Source: Octopus sinensis (taxonomy: Eukaryota). From it: a DNA stretch of 64,000 bases. Where the stretch lies: positions 25,482,001 to 25,546,000 of the forward strand of contig NC_043003.1 of assembly GCF_006345805.1 (NCBI RefSeq). Direction: 5' to 3'. The position numbers and the translations under genes were made by a program. Shown here one piece after another: positions 12,823-25,101 of the stretch; positions within the stretch are counted from its first letter, which is position 1, and every line of letters starts with the position of its first letter. The notes beneath the pieces were generated by a model. It was not told where the DNA came from and ran no database searches. It worked only from the letters and a program-made list of their open reading frames with translations.

Positions 12823-14188
12823 CTGGAAAAAAAAAAAAAAAAAAAAAATTCAATTGAGGAGAAAACTACTAACCTGACTCATTTCAACCTAAAATGTTGG
12901 AGGGGTTAATGAGGACAGAACACAATGGAGAAGGAAAGAGAGGCTAATATTTACTGTATTCCAATGACAAGCGACCTTCTATGCAGAAAATAGTGAAGTC
13001 CATTGCCTGAAATTATTGAAACGAGACCCAAAGGTGAAGGTTCCTACTGCACTAACCTGTGTCCTAGATTCTTTTCCCTTTACTTACTAGTTGTTCCAGA
13101 TGCCACGAGTAACATCCTTCATCTAAGTCTAATTAAAACCTATCTGTTTATATTTTGTGTGCACGCATGTGTGTGTGTGTGTGGAAAAAATTAGGGTATG
13201 TGCTCTTGGCAAAAACAACTTCTTTCCACATACCAACTAGCTTAGGATTAAAACAGATCATCTATATCAAGTGGAATTTGGCATCATGTCAACAAAAAAA
13301 CTGGCATCAGCTTCTGTGTAGTCACTACTCTACGGAGAACTTAAATCCAACACAGTAAGTCGTACCCATTCAAAACACCTTATTAGCCAACAAGAGAACA
13401 ACTACATAATCTACTAAAAGTAGCAGCAATGTCTCCCTCAAAACATTACACTGCTGCCTGGAAAAATGGCAAAACACCTAATGTAATAACGAGCGCAGGG
13501 TTTTTATATATTTGTTTGAAATCACGCAGTAGGAGGGAGTGAGAGAAAGAATAGTGCAAGTAAAGGGAGAGGAGAGAAAATAGTAATTCAGTGAAGTAGT
13601 GAGAGTAATAGCCATGACTGAGAGGGAATAAGAGAGGGGAAGTGGTAAAGAGAGTGTCGTGTCCACAAGTCATTGAGGAGGTGAAGTGAGAGTAATAGAT
13701 GTGATACAAATAGTCTGGGAGTGTGTTGAGATATATATTTTTGTCATGTATTTACACACACACACATATATATATATTGTAATGAAGGATATATAACACA
13801 ATTAATCAAATATGTATTTTTTGTTCCGACATAAAATTTCGGGAAAGGTTCTTCAAGTAAATATTAACAAGATTATCATTAAAAAGGGTAGTCAGAAACT
13901 GTTGATGCTATCATGTCCGGAACATCCTACTACATTATATATGCCTACGGAGACTTCCCTATAAAATAGGGTTAGGACACCCAGAAGAATAATTTCAAAG
14001 GTGAAATGTTTTGTTTACCATTTATTAAGATCATTTAGTCTAATATTTCAGTTCGAATGTGTGTGTGTATATTTACAGTATATAGTGTTTATTATCAGTT
14101 AACTAAAATTATCAGTGATCAGTAATCCCATAACTTATTTACAATATATAGTGTTTCTAAACCATTCACTGATACTCTTTCTTCTGCT

Positions 14189-14410
14189 ATGGAGAATGAA
14201 GCAGACAGAAGGCGACAGTCAGCCAGAGAGAGACAAAGGTGAAGGACTGCCAGTCTCACTCAGGAAGAACTGGATGCGAGAAGGTTAAAAAATAAATTAA
14301 GATTATTAAATCAACCACAAGATGTTGGGAGAGGAACATCTAAAACAAGGCAACTCATTGGTGGTAGGGTTTTCACTAGAAACATGGTGCTGAAGCAATT
14401 AATAAGATAG
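14189..14410 (+). pseudogene. Decayed R/E-rich ORF, possibly the N-terminus of a Helitron Rep-helicase
   Basis: MENEADRRRQSARERQR*RTASLTQEELDARRLKNKLRL. The single TGA is one CpG transition away from CGA (Arg). Resemblance to Helitron N-terminal charged helices is recalled, not searched. Confidence 0.35.
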
Positions 14411-14575
14411 AGGTTGTAATCTTAATTTTATTTTCCGCATCATTTTCATGCTGTCATTTCTGATGACACAGGTACACTAGTCTTATAATAAGCACTCACT
14501 CCACTGACAAGTTAAAAAATTAATTAGGCCACAGTGTAATTCAGACTTGTGATTGATGCCAAAAATATGACTTAC

Positions 14576-14720
14576 CGGTATCCAGCTTTAGCATCTTCAC
14601 AGGCCAACGTCTTAAATTCAATGTACATCTTTTTGTTGTAGTGTTCTCGAAGGAAGAATGACCAAAAGCGGAATAATGTGTTCATTTCTTGAGAAAGACC
14701 AATTCCTTGCTTTTTCCTCT
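14576..14720 (-). CDS. LARP1: LARP1 exon 17: DM15 [48 protein letters not shown]
   Basis: Near-invariant [16 protein letters not shown]. tttttag acceptor and CG|gtaagt donor. Confidence 0.99.
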
Positions 14721-14834
14721 CTAAAAACAGAATATAAAGGATTAGGACTGAAACACCAAGGGAAAACAACATAGGTATGACACCACTTTTAGTTCTTGAA
14801 TACAAATATCTTGTTCTGAAGTGACCTAATTAAA

Positions 14835-15145
14835 ACAGTCTATCAAAACTATGTTTATTAATATTTCAAACACCAGCTTAATAATGACTAAGTTATTTTA
14901 CTAAATTCCTCACTATTTTAAAAATTAACTGAAAGCAGTAGATTTCAAAAGAAATTTGTTAAATGGGTTAAAATCCGTTTATCCCTTTTGATATCAATCT
15001 ACCTCAGACCACCCCATGTCATGTGATATGAACTTTCTGAAAGTAGTTTGAACTAAAGCTATCAAAATCTCATGTCAATTCATATTCCAAACAACAGCTT
15101 AAAAACGACAAAGTTATTTTACTAAATTCATTATTTTAAAAACAA
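14835..15145 (+). mobile_element. Two tandem remnants of MITE family 2
   Basis: aagttattttactaaattc occurs twice. A TIR end aaatgggttaa at about 14970 is followed by a new start ttatcccttttgatatcaa at about 14979. Confidence 0.65.
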
Positions 15146-15154
15146 TAGACTAAC

Positions 15155-15288
15155 CTTTAAGACATTTGGCGTGGTACTTATGATAAACTGTCCAGACAAA
15201 GTTTTTCTCTTTCAGCAGTTCATATGATGGATGTTGGAATAGCGGGAATGTCTGGGGAGCACTTGTTGACAATGCACTATCACTAGGG
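15155..15288 (-). CDS. LARP1: LARP1 exon 16: start of DM15, SPSDS...FQHPSYELLKEKNFVWTVYHKYHAKCLK
   Basis: FQHPS.ELLKE..F...YHKY...CL motif. ttccacag acceptor and G|gttagt donor, 134 nt. Confidence 0.97.
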
Positions 15289-16493
15289 CTGTGGAAAAAA
15301 ACAAAAATTTTTACATATAATATGCAAACACATACACGTTAATAATAGTGTAAAGAAAACTAAACCTCATCTAACTTTATGAAGCAGTAATATAGACAGC
15401 TGATAGGTGGTTCTATAATCTAATACAAAGTGAGCATTTGTAATGAATTGAAATTAATTGCATTATATCTATAAAAAAAAGAAGTAACTTATTTACTATA
15501 AATGAATTTAAACAATTCCATATTTCCTAACCCGAAGATTTGTCACACATACAACTATCATACAATGTCAAGACAAGGAAGCATGTGCATGCAAACACAC
15601 ACTGCACTTTTAGCTTCTGCTGGGCAAAACCACCCATGAAGCTTTGTTCATCCTGAGGTTATAAAGAAAACTTGCCCATGACACCATGCAGTGGGACTGG
15701 AGCCTAAACCATGTAGTTGAGAATCAAACATCCTAACCGCTTGACCCTGCCTATGCCAACAATGATTTCAGCTTTTGTGGCTTAATTTGAATATTTGTAC
15801 ATTCACAGATAAAATTATGTGTACTAGTCACACAATAGTCATTACACAGCTGTGCTCTTTACATAACCCTCTTGAACAGCTGGTACCATAACTCTTGATA
15901 ACAACCCACCTGCGACCACCCATGGTAACAAAATTGTTAGAAAGCCTTCTAAATCAGTTTACATAGACATCCAATGCGTTGTTTTTTACTTACAAAAAGT
16001 GAGAAAATAAATCACAGACAAGAGAAAACGTAGTTTTACTGATGCTGGCCTTGGCACATATCTGGCAAAGCCAATCCCAGAAACAGATATTCTTCCAATT
16101 ACACCCAGCATCTGACAATCAGGAATAGCATTAGATAATGAGTCCCTAGGTACGTTGTCAGAAGATACCACAGAATGGCCAAACTGGAATGACTTTGATT
16201 ATAGGTCTGTTGAACACAGACTGATCTGGGTCTAAAGAATAGTATTATTGACCCCAAAAGGATGAAAAAAGTCTTATCCGAGTTGGATTTGCACATAGAA
16301 CACACATCTTTTACGAATAGGCTATGTCGGTTTACAAAGTGAATACGCAGTTACAACTATAATCTAATCTACCATGTTGTCTCAATTCCAGGATGAAGAG
16401 AAAAGCATACACACACACACAGAGAAAAAAGTATGTGTGAAAGAGAAGAGAAAGAGTATGCCAAGAAGAGCAACAACCAACAAGCAGTATTAC

Positions 16494-16618
16494 CTTTGAG
16501 AGTATGAGCTGGAACTGTGTCTGGATCTTGGTCGATGTTCTTTGGCATCCATTACCCAACCAACATGGCTTTCAATTGGTGGATTATTACTATATTTGGT
16601 TTTTTGCTTTCTTGGAGT
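16494..16618 (-). CDS. LARP1: LARP1 exon 15: TPRKQKTKYSNNPPIESHVGWVMDAKEHRPRSRHSSSSYSQ
   Basis: NPP.ESHVGWVMD motif. ctcttttag acceptor and AG|gtaata donor, 125 nt. Confidence 0.98.
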
Positions 16619-16718
16619 CTAAAAGAGAAAAAAAGTTTGGATGAAAATATTTTGGTATCCTTTCAAAACCCGTTGCACCCACAAAGCTTTGGTCAACTCA
16701 AGGAAATTGTGAATATTA

Positions 16719-17510
16719 CCAGGTCACCCCGTAAGTTCTGTCCGAATTTTGGAAAAAAAAAAAAAACCCACAAGTTATCAAATGCTACATTTAATTGAAA
16801 TTAAATTAATGTACTTTTCCTGATTATCTATGACTTCTTTCCATCTATTTACAAGCTTTTTAATCCCATCAATGTAAAACTCTGAAATGTCAGTTTCGAT
16901 TCTCCTGGCTTGCAAAAGTTACGTCCACCAAATGATTCTGTAAACTAAGAAACAAATGGTAGTCTGAAGAAGCAAGGTTGGGAGAATAAGGTGGATGAGG
17001 AATTTTTTTCCAACCAAGCTCTTTGATCTTCTGTGATGTGATCTTCCCAGTGTGGGGTCACACATCGTCCTGATGAAACAACATTCCTTTTTGATTCACT
17101 AAAGCGGATCTTTTTTCTTTAATAGCTTGGTTCAAACACTAATTGCTGACAGTAGACTTGAGCAATGCTTGTTGCATTAGGTGGTAACAATTCAAAGTAA
17201 ATTACTCCTTTGCAATCCCACCAGATAGAGAGAAGAAACTTTTTCTCATGAAGTTCTCTTCTCAGCAGTGGTTGAGCTTTTTCCTCTTTACCAAGCCACT
17301 GTTTACGAAATTAAACATTTCGATAGACGGTCCATTTTTCGTCACCAGTCTATCCAAAAAGGGTGAAATGAGTTTGCGAGAATGGAGAGAAGAGCAGATG
17401 TCAACTCAGGATTTGCACATGCTTTTGGACAATTCATGAGGCACCCATTTTCTAAGTTTAGGGACCTTTCCAAGTTGTTGAAGATGACGATGAACAGTCG
17501 TATGGTTTGA
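16719..17510 (-). mobile_element. Decayed mariner (Tc1/mariner, D,D34D) transposon, 5'-truncated
   Basis: Minus-strand motifs WVPHEL (17430-17447), TGDEKW (17332-17349), WWDCKGVIYFELLP, HQDDV*PH and HPPYSPNLASSDYHLF (YSPNL at 16974-16988), broken by frameshifts and stops. TA plus TIR ccaggtcaccccgtaagttctgtccga at 16717-16745. Confidence 0.92.
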
Positions 17511-17628
17511 ACTAGGCTAGAATACCTTCCATTACATATCTAAGTGAAGACACTTGACCCAGGATACCTCTAAATCCCAGGCTTGTAGAAAGCTTCAAAA
17601 GATACTATTTACAAACTGTTGGTATTAC

Positions 17629-17801
17629 CTGGGGATCTGGAGGTCGACTGGAATCTTTCACCACAGGATAAAAGCGTGGTAACATGTCATTTCGTACATA
17701 TTTTGGAGTTCGAGGACCTTCAAAGTATCCAGGTGTTTCAGGAACGTATGTCGGCAACGACCGTGATAATTCTGTCTGTGATGGTGTTTGTGGATGTCTC
17801 T
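17629..17801 (-). CDS. LARP1: LARP1 exon 14: ERHPQTP...SRSLPTYVPETPG...PRFYPVVKDSSRPPDPQ
   Basis: RSLPT.VPE(S/T)P and RFYPVVK motifs. tttgcag acceptor and CAG|gtaata donor, 173 nt. Confidence 0.97.
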
Positions 17802-17971
17802 CTGCAAAACAATAATCAATAATGTTACAACACAGCTTTACAAAGTTGAAAAATATAGGGAAACTAAAACAAGTCAAACATTAAACCTTTCACAAAGTTA
17901 CTTGTAATGAAAAGCAGCCTCAAGAATTTGACTTTTTATCATTAAGCTGAGACTTGGAAGATACTCTATAC

Positions 17972-18150
17972 ATCATCACCACCCTCTAACGCCCGTTTTC
18001 CATGCTGGCATGAGTTGGGCAGTTTGTCCAAAACTGGCATGCTGGAGAGATGCACTAGATTCCAACCTGATTTGGCTTGGTTTCCATGGCTGGACGCCTT
18101 TCCTAATGTCAATTACTTTACAGTGTGTGCTGGGTGCTTTTATGTGGCAC
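17972..18150 (+). mobile_element. Interspersed retroposon (catcatcatcgtttaacgtcc...ggctggatgcccttcctaa family)
   Basis: Closely similar copies at 20770-20975 (-), 23255-23435 (+), 48270-48420 (-) and 61740-61975 (-). Confidence 0.8.
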
Positions 18151-18229
18151 TGGCACAAGAGTCTTGCAGGACCACCCTCTTCATCAGGGGGAGCAGCATT
18201 AACTGTTCTACAGTGAAAGTTGTCTTGAG

Positions 18230-18420
18230 TATAGCAAGGCACCAGATATCTTGGTCCTTTGTCATCTCCATAAGGTTCAATGCCCTGAAGTCATCCTTCA
18301 GTACTTCAGCCTATGTAACCCTGGGTCTCCTTCTTCCACAAGTTCCACCCACTGAATGATCGGCATTTCTTTATGGAGCTGCCAGCATCCATCTGGACAG
18401 CACATGACCAAACACTCATG
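18230..18420 (-). mobile_element. RTE-type LINE 3' end remnant
   Basis: Minus-strand RRRPRVT*AEVLKDDFRALNLMEMTKDQDIWCLAI resembles the RTE ORF C-terminus pattern GRPRKTW...DL..L.....DR..WR. Confidence 0.7.
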
Positions 18421-19032
18421 CATAAATTACAGCAGTAGATAAGTCATACTCCCCATTAAATTCATATTTTATCTTCAGTGTGATCTATACATAAATTATA
18501 ATACTTTCTGTAAACACTGTTTGCATCTTAGCTGCATTTAAGTAAACGCATTTAGCTGAAAGTATTCTCCAATCAATACTTTCAGAGTAGCCAACATCCG
18601 AAACAGATAATATAAATTCTGACATATTTATCCCCTTCAACCCTTATATAAAATTTCATAATTGATAAACCAAACTCTAGTTTCAGTTAAGCTGTCATCT
18701 GGGTCAGGCACTTGTTAAATTCACTGCCTCTAAAAATTTCTCATATAGCAATTTGACTTCTGTTTCATCTTTTGCATAGGAGATGCTACACTTACACAAT
18801 CATTTGCTTCTTGTATGTAGCAAATTTCAAGCCCAGAATAAGGTCCGACAGACAAGTCATGCAGTTTCCCATAGCAATACGTGCTATCACTCTCACTCTT
18901 TCTAAATCTAACAAGCACAATCCATATGCATCTTCAGACACCCCATTGCTTCAATTAGCAAGGATCCTGAGGAAGGAAAAGTGGCAGTGATAGTGGACAA
19001 GGTAAGAGGGTAGAGTAAAAAAAACAACTTAC

Positions 19033-19156
19033 CATGAGCAGGTGGTGGTGGTGGAGGAGGAATTTCTTGGTTTGTATCATTTGGTTTGTATGGAGCAAGA
19101 CTGTCAAATTCTTCTTTGCTAATCATATTCAAAGTACGATACTCTTTGAAATCATT
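19033..19156 (-). CDS. LARP1: LARP1 exon 13: NDFKEYRTLNMISKEEFDSLAP...NQEIPPPPPPPAH
   Basis: NMIS.E.FD.L.P and NQE.PP motifs. ttgcag acceptor and G|gtaagt donor, 124 nt. Confidence 0.96.
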
Positions 19157-20769
19157 CTGCAATGGAAAGCAACAACATAAAAATAAGACAAAAATTATTT
19201 CTACAAGGTGTAATGGTATGTTCCATCATGGAAAGTTACATCCTTAAAACTATATACTACAGCATAATGCAGATATGCATATAGAACATATATCCAACAC
19301 AGAAACAATCTTATTGTACACTAGCAAGTATTCTACAGTGAAGTTGCTGGCAAGTGATAGATTATGTGAATAGAAAGCCTTCTCTTTTATAATATGAAAT
19401 TGTTGTATACAGTGCTCAGGTGCACCACGACTAGTTGCACATCAGACTATGTCCCACCATTTTAAAATTTTGTCTTTCATCCTTTCAAGGTAGGAAAAAA
19501 GAAAATACAAATGCAGCCCAATGAAATAATACTAGATAAACCTCAGTAACAGTCAGGATAAGCTATTTGTTTAAAAACAAAATGTTACTTTGGGATAGCT
19601 TTGCAGATGGGAAAACAGCAATAAAGCAAACCAGAAAATTGAAGAATGTACACTTGTTTTTCAATCTAAAACCTGAAATTTTTCATTCAAAATGTATCAA
19701 AAGCTCACTCATCTGGTCATATATGACCAAAAGGATTTAACAATTATCATCTTGATATAATCTTATATTTAACAAAAAAAAAAAAAAGATTTTTAATAAA
19801 CTCAGCTTTAACAGGAAATTCAATAACTCCACATTAGATTAAAAGTAATAATAAGCTGATGAAGGATTTATGAAGGTTTCTAGTATAGACACCAAGCCAG
19901 AAATGATATCAAAGCTCAAAATATCTATATGTATGTGCATGCATTATAAATAATACAAACTCCATGACTTGAATGAGCCTTATTAAATTACCAACCAATC
20001 AACTTCCTTGCGGGAAAAACAAGACCCTTATTTTATTTTTTTTTCTTCCTGGGGTTAGACTTTACTTGATGGTCATAAAGGGTCTCAAATGTTTTTAAAA
20101 GCAAGTAATACTATGTAATAAAAACTAACAGAAAATGTCCTATTGACATCTAATCACATCTTAACCAATCACTAACCCTTTCCCTTATATCCACACACAC
20201 TAACATGTCTTATATAACACAAGCACAAGATAGTTTTCAATCTTTTCTCAAACAAACATACAAGTCTGCACCAATAACTAATACTGAATATTTCTCTGAC
20301 ACTCACTGACACTTGGAAAGTGAATTTAAATGGTGTGACATTAACCCAAATGTTATTAGTATATGATCTTATAATTTTTGACCTTGATTAAAGTTTGTTA
20401 TTTGACATGGTTAATGTTTAGTTGATATTTAGTCATTAAAAATGTGTAATGCACCATTTTAATCAACAGAAAGTGAATACAAAACATTAAGACGAATCAA
20501 ATATCATAACAGCCATTCCAGTTCTTACATACTCCACTAATACAACTGTCTTCTGTCCGTATACCAGTAGGTATGGTAAATAAAGGGGTTCCAATCTTAC
20601 AACAAGAGAAAGGACATCCAAAAATTAAAATATTTGTTCAACTCTTTAGTATTCAGATGACAGTCAAATACAACACTTAATCATTTAGTGTTTTGAATTA
20701 ATCTAACATTATCTTGTAGCTCTGAGATTTCAATGTGATTGTTTATTTTTAGAATGACAAAAGCACTCA

Positions 20770-20975
20770 TGTGGTGTCAAGTAAAAGCACTTGTGTGGTG
20801 CCACATAAAAGCACCCAGCAAACACTGTAAAGTGGTTGGTATTAAGAAGGGCATCCAGCAGTAGAAACCATGCCAAATCAGACTGGAGTGTGGTGCTGTC
20901 CCCCCAGCTTGCCAGCTCTGGCCACACTGTTTAACCTATGCCAGCATGAACAAAGGACGTTAAATGATGAAGATG
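20770..20975 (-). mobile_element. Interspersed retroposon, same family as 17972-18150, inverted
   Basis: Reverse-complement similarity to 17972-18150 along about 190 nt. Confidence 0.8.
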
Positions 20976-21014
20976 ATTGCAGGGTAGTTCAAATACGAGA
21001 GAGAGAGAGCTCAC

Positions 21015-21228
21015 CAGCAGATTGGTGTCCCAACATAAGTTTTCATAATAGCGCAAGCCATCATTAATAATGTGATAGCATTCGGTATTTATTTTCACTC
21101 TTGACGTTGCCTCATTAGTCCGGTCGCCCCCTGGATGTTTTCGGAGAGCTGGGGGTGTCTGAGTAACGATGAGAATTTTGTTAATATCTGAGTCATCAAT
21201 TTCATCTGGCAAATCTTCGTCATCAGAC
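21015..21228 (-). CDS. LARP1: LARP1 exon 12: WSDDEDLPDEIDDSDINKILIVTQTPPALRKHPGGDRT...INDGLRYYE..CWDTNLL
   Basis: Highly conserved NKILIVTQTP..RKHPGGDRTG/N and INDGL.YYE motifs. ctcttcag acceptor and gtgagc donor. Confidence 0.98.
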
Positions 21229-23254
21229 CTGAAGAGTAAAAGACAGAAATTTATGAAAAGAAGAAAAACAAAAATAAATGTGTTAAGTAAAATTTCAAAT
21301 GAACACCTTTGATTATTTTATTTAGGATATAATATCATTAGAATGTGAGTACAATCTCTAATGAATACAAAAACACCATAGACAATTAATAAACACAGTT
21401 AGTATTGTTAATAACGAACTGTATCAATCTGTAAATTTAACCCACCTAAAGGTAAGAGTTTATATCTGAATGTAAAATGAATGCTTTTTTTTTTTTTAAC
21501 ATTCACTTTTTCATGCTGGCACGAGATGGACAGGATTTTATGAGGTATTATTTAACAGATAAATGCCCTTCCTTGTAACACAGGGATCCTATATATCTTC
21601 TAAAAACCAGGAATGATATTAAATCCTTGTACACACGCAAAAACACAAAAAGGGGGCAGGGTGAGCTCAGAAATATTTTGCTGAAAGAGTTGATGACTGA
21701 GAAAAAAGAAAAGAAATATCTTTCACTCGGACTCAGTCAGCAGCAGGAAAAGCACTCGGGGAATCACAGAGTCAGATGCATGCATGCAGAACAAAAGTTG
21801 CGACCAACTTCTTAAAATATGTGCGTAACATTTTGGGTCTGATAAATTTAGCACATCTGAGTGTTGCTCAAGAAACTTAGGCTTTTTAAGTAGTATAAAA
21901 GCACCTAAAAGCCTAGATTTTTAGACGCCATAGATAAAACTGGTAAATTATTTGGCAACTTTTAAGTTAATAAAAAATGTTTTTACAGCACAATTAATCA
22001 CATTTTGAACACCTCACTCCTATTCACATGCAACTTCTAGAGAGTAAAACATGTTAATTCTTTAAACAACAAAACTGTTAGTAAAATGAAACTAGGTGAA
22101 GAAAGTATGAGGACATGCACAATTTTGAAAACAAACAGATCTATGTAAGCATGCAGAGTGGTGTGATGCAAATTTAAGCGAAGTAGACCTAGATTAAAAA
22201 TTCAAGTTTAAAAAGAATTTTCATGCAAAACTTGAATATTTCATTGCTCTGTCTAAATACAAAGCACTTTATATAGAAATAGCTGAAGCAGTTGTTAAAA
22301 AAAAAAAGACTCTTACATATTACTATTACAAGGGAGTAAAATTGTACCAGAGATAGCTGAACCAAAAACAAAAAAAGAGAACAAGTCTCGTCTCTTATAA
22401 ATATGTAAGCCAATAGGAATTTAGAACTTGATGCCAAGGAGCTAAACACGTTTACCCATGACACACAAATTCAAGCCAGACTTATGTCCCTCCAAAGTGG
22501 TCAGTGGTGACATTTGGACATAAAAGGTTTAGAAAGGTCACATCATTGCACTAGGTGAAAATCATAATTTCTTAACCATTTTGTGATTATATCTTCCATA
22601 AAATATGCAGTTCATGAGTTACCAGTAACTATGAAAATAATCAAGAATTTCTATGGATTTGGTAAATTTTAATTAATCAGTTTTTCATTATTAAGATACA
22701 GACCACAATATACCACTGATACAGTATGATCAAATTAAGAAACCTCTGTGTTATTAATTGTTATGCTAGAAATACAAAGATCTCTCTCAAGTCACACCCT
22801 ACCACCTTAAATAATGGAACGGCACACTGAATACTGTAGTCTTAGACACACTATGAATAAAAGATAAGGTACTCAAGGATGGAATATCTGATTGTAATTC
22901 AGCCGGATCAGGGCCGACTTATAATTTAAATGACCCTTAAGAGTAAGGAGTAACTGTTGTAAAATGTAAGTCTAGGACTAAACACAGCATGGTGTTTTGT
23001 CTAGTTTGATATTATCCTACCAATTTGTTGCTCTAACAATAAATTTTCAGGTCTACAGAGATTAAACAATAATAACTTTCTGCAAAAAAAAAAAAAAATT
23101 ATGAAAAGAGATAAAGCTTGATTTAAGAAAAATGTCCAGATTTAGTAGACATCATATATGATAGTGTTTCTATAGCTGGTATATGTGGCAAAAGTGTACA
23201 AAATCAAGCATTTGATGTGTTCAATATGAAGAATGCATTTCTTTTGTTTGCATT

Positions 23255-23435
23255 CATCATCGTCTAATGTCCACTTTCCATGCTAGCATGGGTTGGACAA
23301 TTTGACTGAGAGCTGGCAAACCAGATGGCTGCACAAGACTCCAATCTTGATCTGGCAGAGTTTCTACAGCTGGATGCCCTTCCTAACACCAACCACTCCG
23401 AGAGTGTAGTGGGTGCTTTTATGTGCCACCGGCAG
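23255..23435 (+). mobile_element. Interspersed retroposon, same family as 17972-18150
   Basis: Shares catcatcgtctaatgtccactttccatgctagcatgggttggac...gctggatgcccttcctaa. Confidence 0.8.
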
Positions 23436-24691
23436 TGATTAATACTCATTCCTCAAGCTTGATAAGCAGGATAAGACATAGATGACAGGAAGCCTGTCTA
23501 TTAAAAAAGAAATCACACTCAATCACTAGCACTTTCTGACATCTTGGTAAAATTCTGTCCATTTTGTAAACTAAGCAACATGGACTGATGCAAAAAGCAA
23601 AGCACCATATAACTGTACAGAATGTGCTGAAACCATCCACTGTTTAGTCTGAAGAGATGGAGCATACAAGGTTGACCAGTGCCAGATACACCATTTAAAA
23701 ACTGACCGTCTTCAATGATGACCCATCAACCCAATGGATTATGGGATTCAAAATAAAGTAATCTGCTCACAAGGAAACCAATTCTTTTAGCAGGGATTGA
23801 GGTTATTTACCAAGTTATACACTCAGGCCATTATGAGCTCTTAAGCTCCAGCCAATAACAGGTTCAGGCTATGAACAACAATGCCAAGGTCATCTATATA
23901 TACTTCCAATTAAAAAAAAATAATTTATAAACGAAAACAAACAAAATAAAACAAATAAACCAAAACTTTATTTTTCTTTGAAAATATAATGGAAGAATAA
24001 TAAAGTGATATTTATCTCAACTGAAAAAGAAAATAACAGTGGAGGGAAGAAAGGAGCACAAGACCTTTCTGGGTCCTTTAGTGCAATAAATATATTTGAG
24101 TTTTGTTTTTGCACACAATATGTTATGCAAACAACAGTGTTGTCTCTTCACACATTAGCATCATGTGAACCATGTTGTACCCTGTGCTGTTTGCATATAA
24201 AAACACCAATAATTAACACCAAATTTCTTTGCCTTCACCTGTGTAAGCACAATGCAAGTCTGCTGTATTCTCATGGAAGAGAAGCTATAACCAAATGCAA
24301 GTATTTTGCAATTTATCAAAATCCATATGCAACGAAAACTGTTGAAAATATCAAGCTGAAACCAATATGACTATGCATTGTGCAATCAGTGCTGCACTGT
24401 TGCGCATGTGATATTTCCATGTGGCATACAATTGATCCCATATTCAAGTGCACTCCAATCTTTGAAACAGCTATCTGTGCACTTGCTCTCCAAATGGGTT
24501 AATAAACAGCATATGTATGTATGCACGTGCAAACATGCAGGTATTGTTTGTGTTCATAGAAGTTCTTTGGAAGTGTAAACTATAAAAACCACTCCAAGAG
24601 ATGAAGAAATGAGAATGCACAAGAGCAAAGATGATTGAGTGTGAAAAAATGAGAGTGAGCGAGCAATGTTAGAGAGGAATAGAATGAGATG

Positions 24692-24846
24692 TTAACCCCT
24701 TTGTTACCAAATTTCTATAGAATATACTGTCTGTTTCAATATAACTTGATGTTCTAGAGGAAAGCTTTAATTTAAATCACTTTAAAATAAAGTTTGTACC
24801 ATAGAAACAATGGTGGTCACAGGTAGGTTGGTATCAAAAGGGTTAA
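24692..24846 (-). mobile_element. MITE family 2, both ends present
   Basis: ttaacccctttgttacc ... ggtatcaaaagggttaa, with TTAA at both ends. Confidence 0.8.
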
Positions 24847-25101
24847 ATAAGTGAGAATGAGCATAGTGGTACAAGGAAGAGAAAGCTGAAGGTGGAGCAG
24901 AGATAAAAAGCATTTACCTCTCTATCGCAGACCAAATCAACAATTTCAAAAAGAAAACCCATATTGTATAACATTGTGTGATACACTATGGGTTTATATG
25001 TATACATATATCAATGATTATGTTCTTCAGAAAACAGTGGAACCTCTTCTATCCCAGGCCTCACAACCAGTTAATTTTTTAAAATATTAGAAGCAGAAAT
25101 A

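Noticed and set aside
16169-16231. 63-nt phase 2-2 cassette-like segment (RPRSVCVQQ...) between exons 15 and 16
   Set aside because: The acceptor and body derive from a common SINE tail (gatcataggtctg...gacctgggg family), and the donor TG|gtatct is weak.
24005-24370. 121-aa Cys/His-rich plus-strand ORF
   Set aside because: GTG start and no regular zinc-finger spacing. The region ends in a TTAA-type terminus (aaatgggttaa at about 24500), suggesting non-coding TE sequence.
24918-24921. Possible 4-nt microexon (gatag|AGAG|gtaaat) that could rescue the exon 11 extension into frame
   Set aside because: It needs a second weak donor (CATA|gttaga) and has a poor pyrimidine tract. The simple 25852>21228 splice already restores the conserved W-S-D motif.
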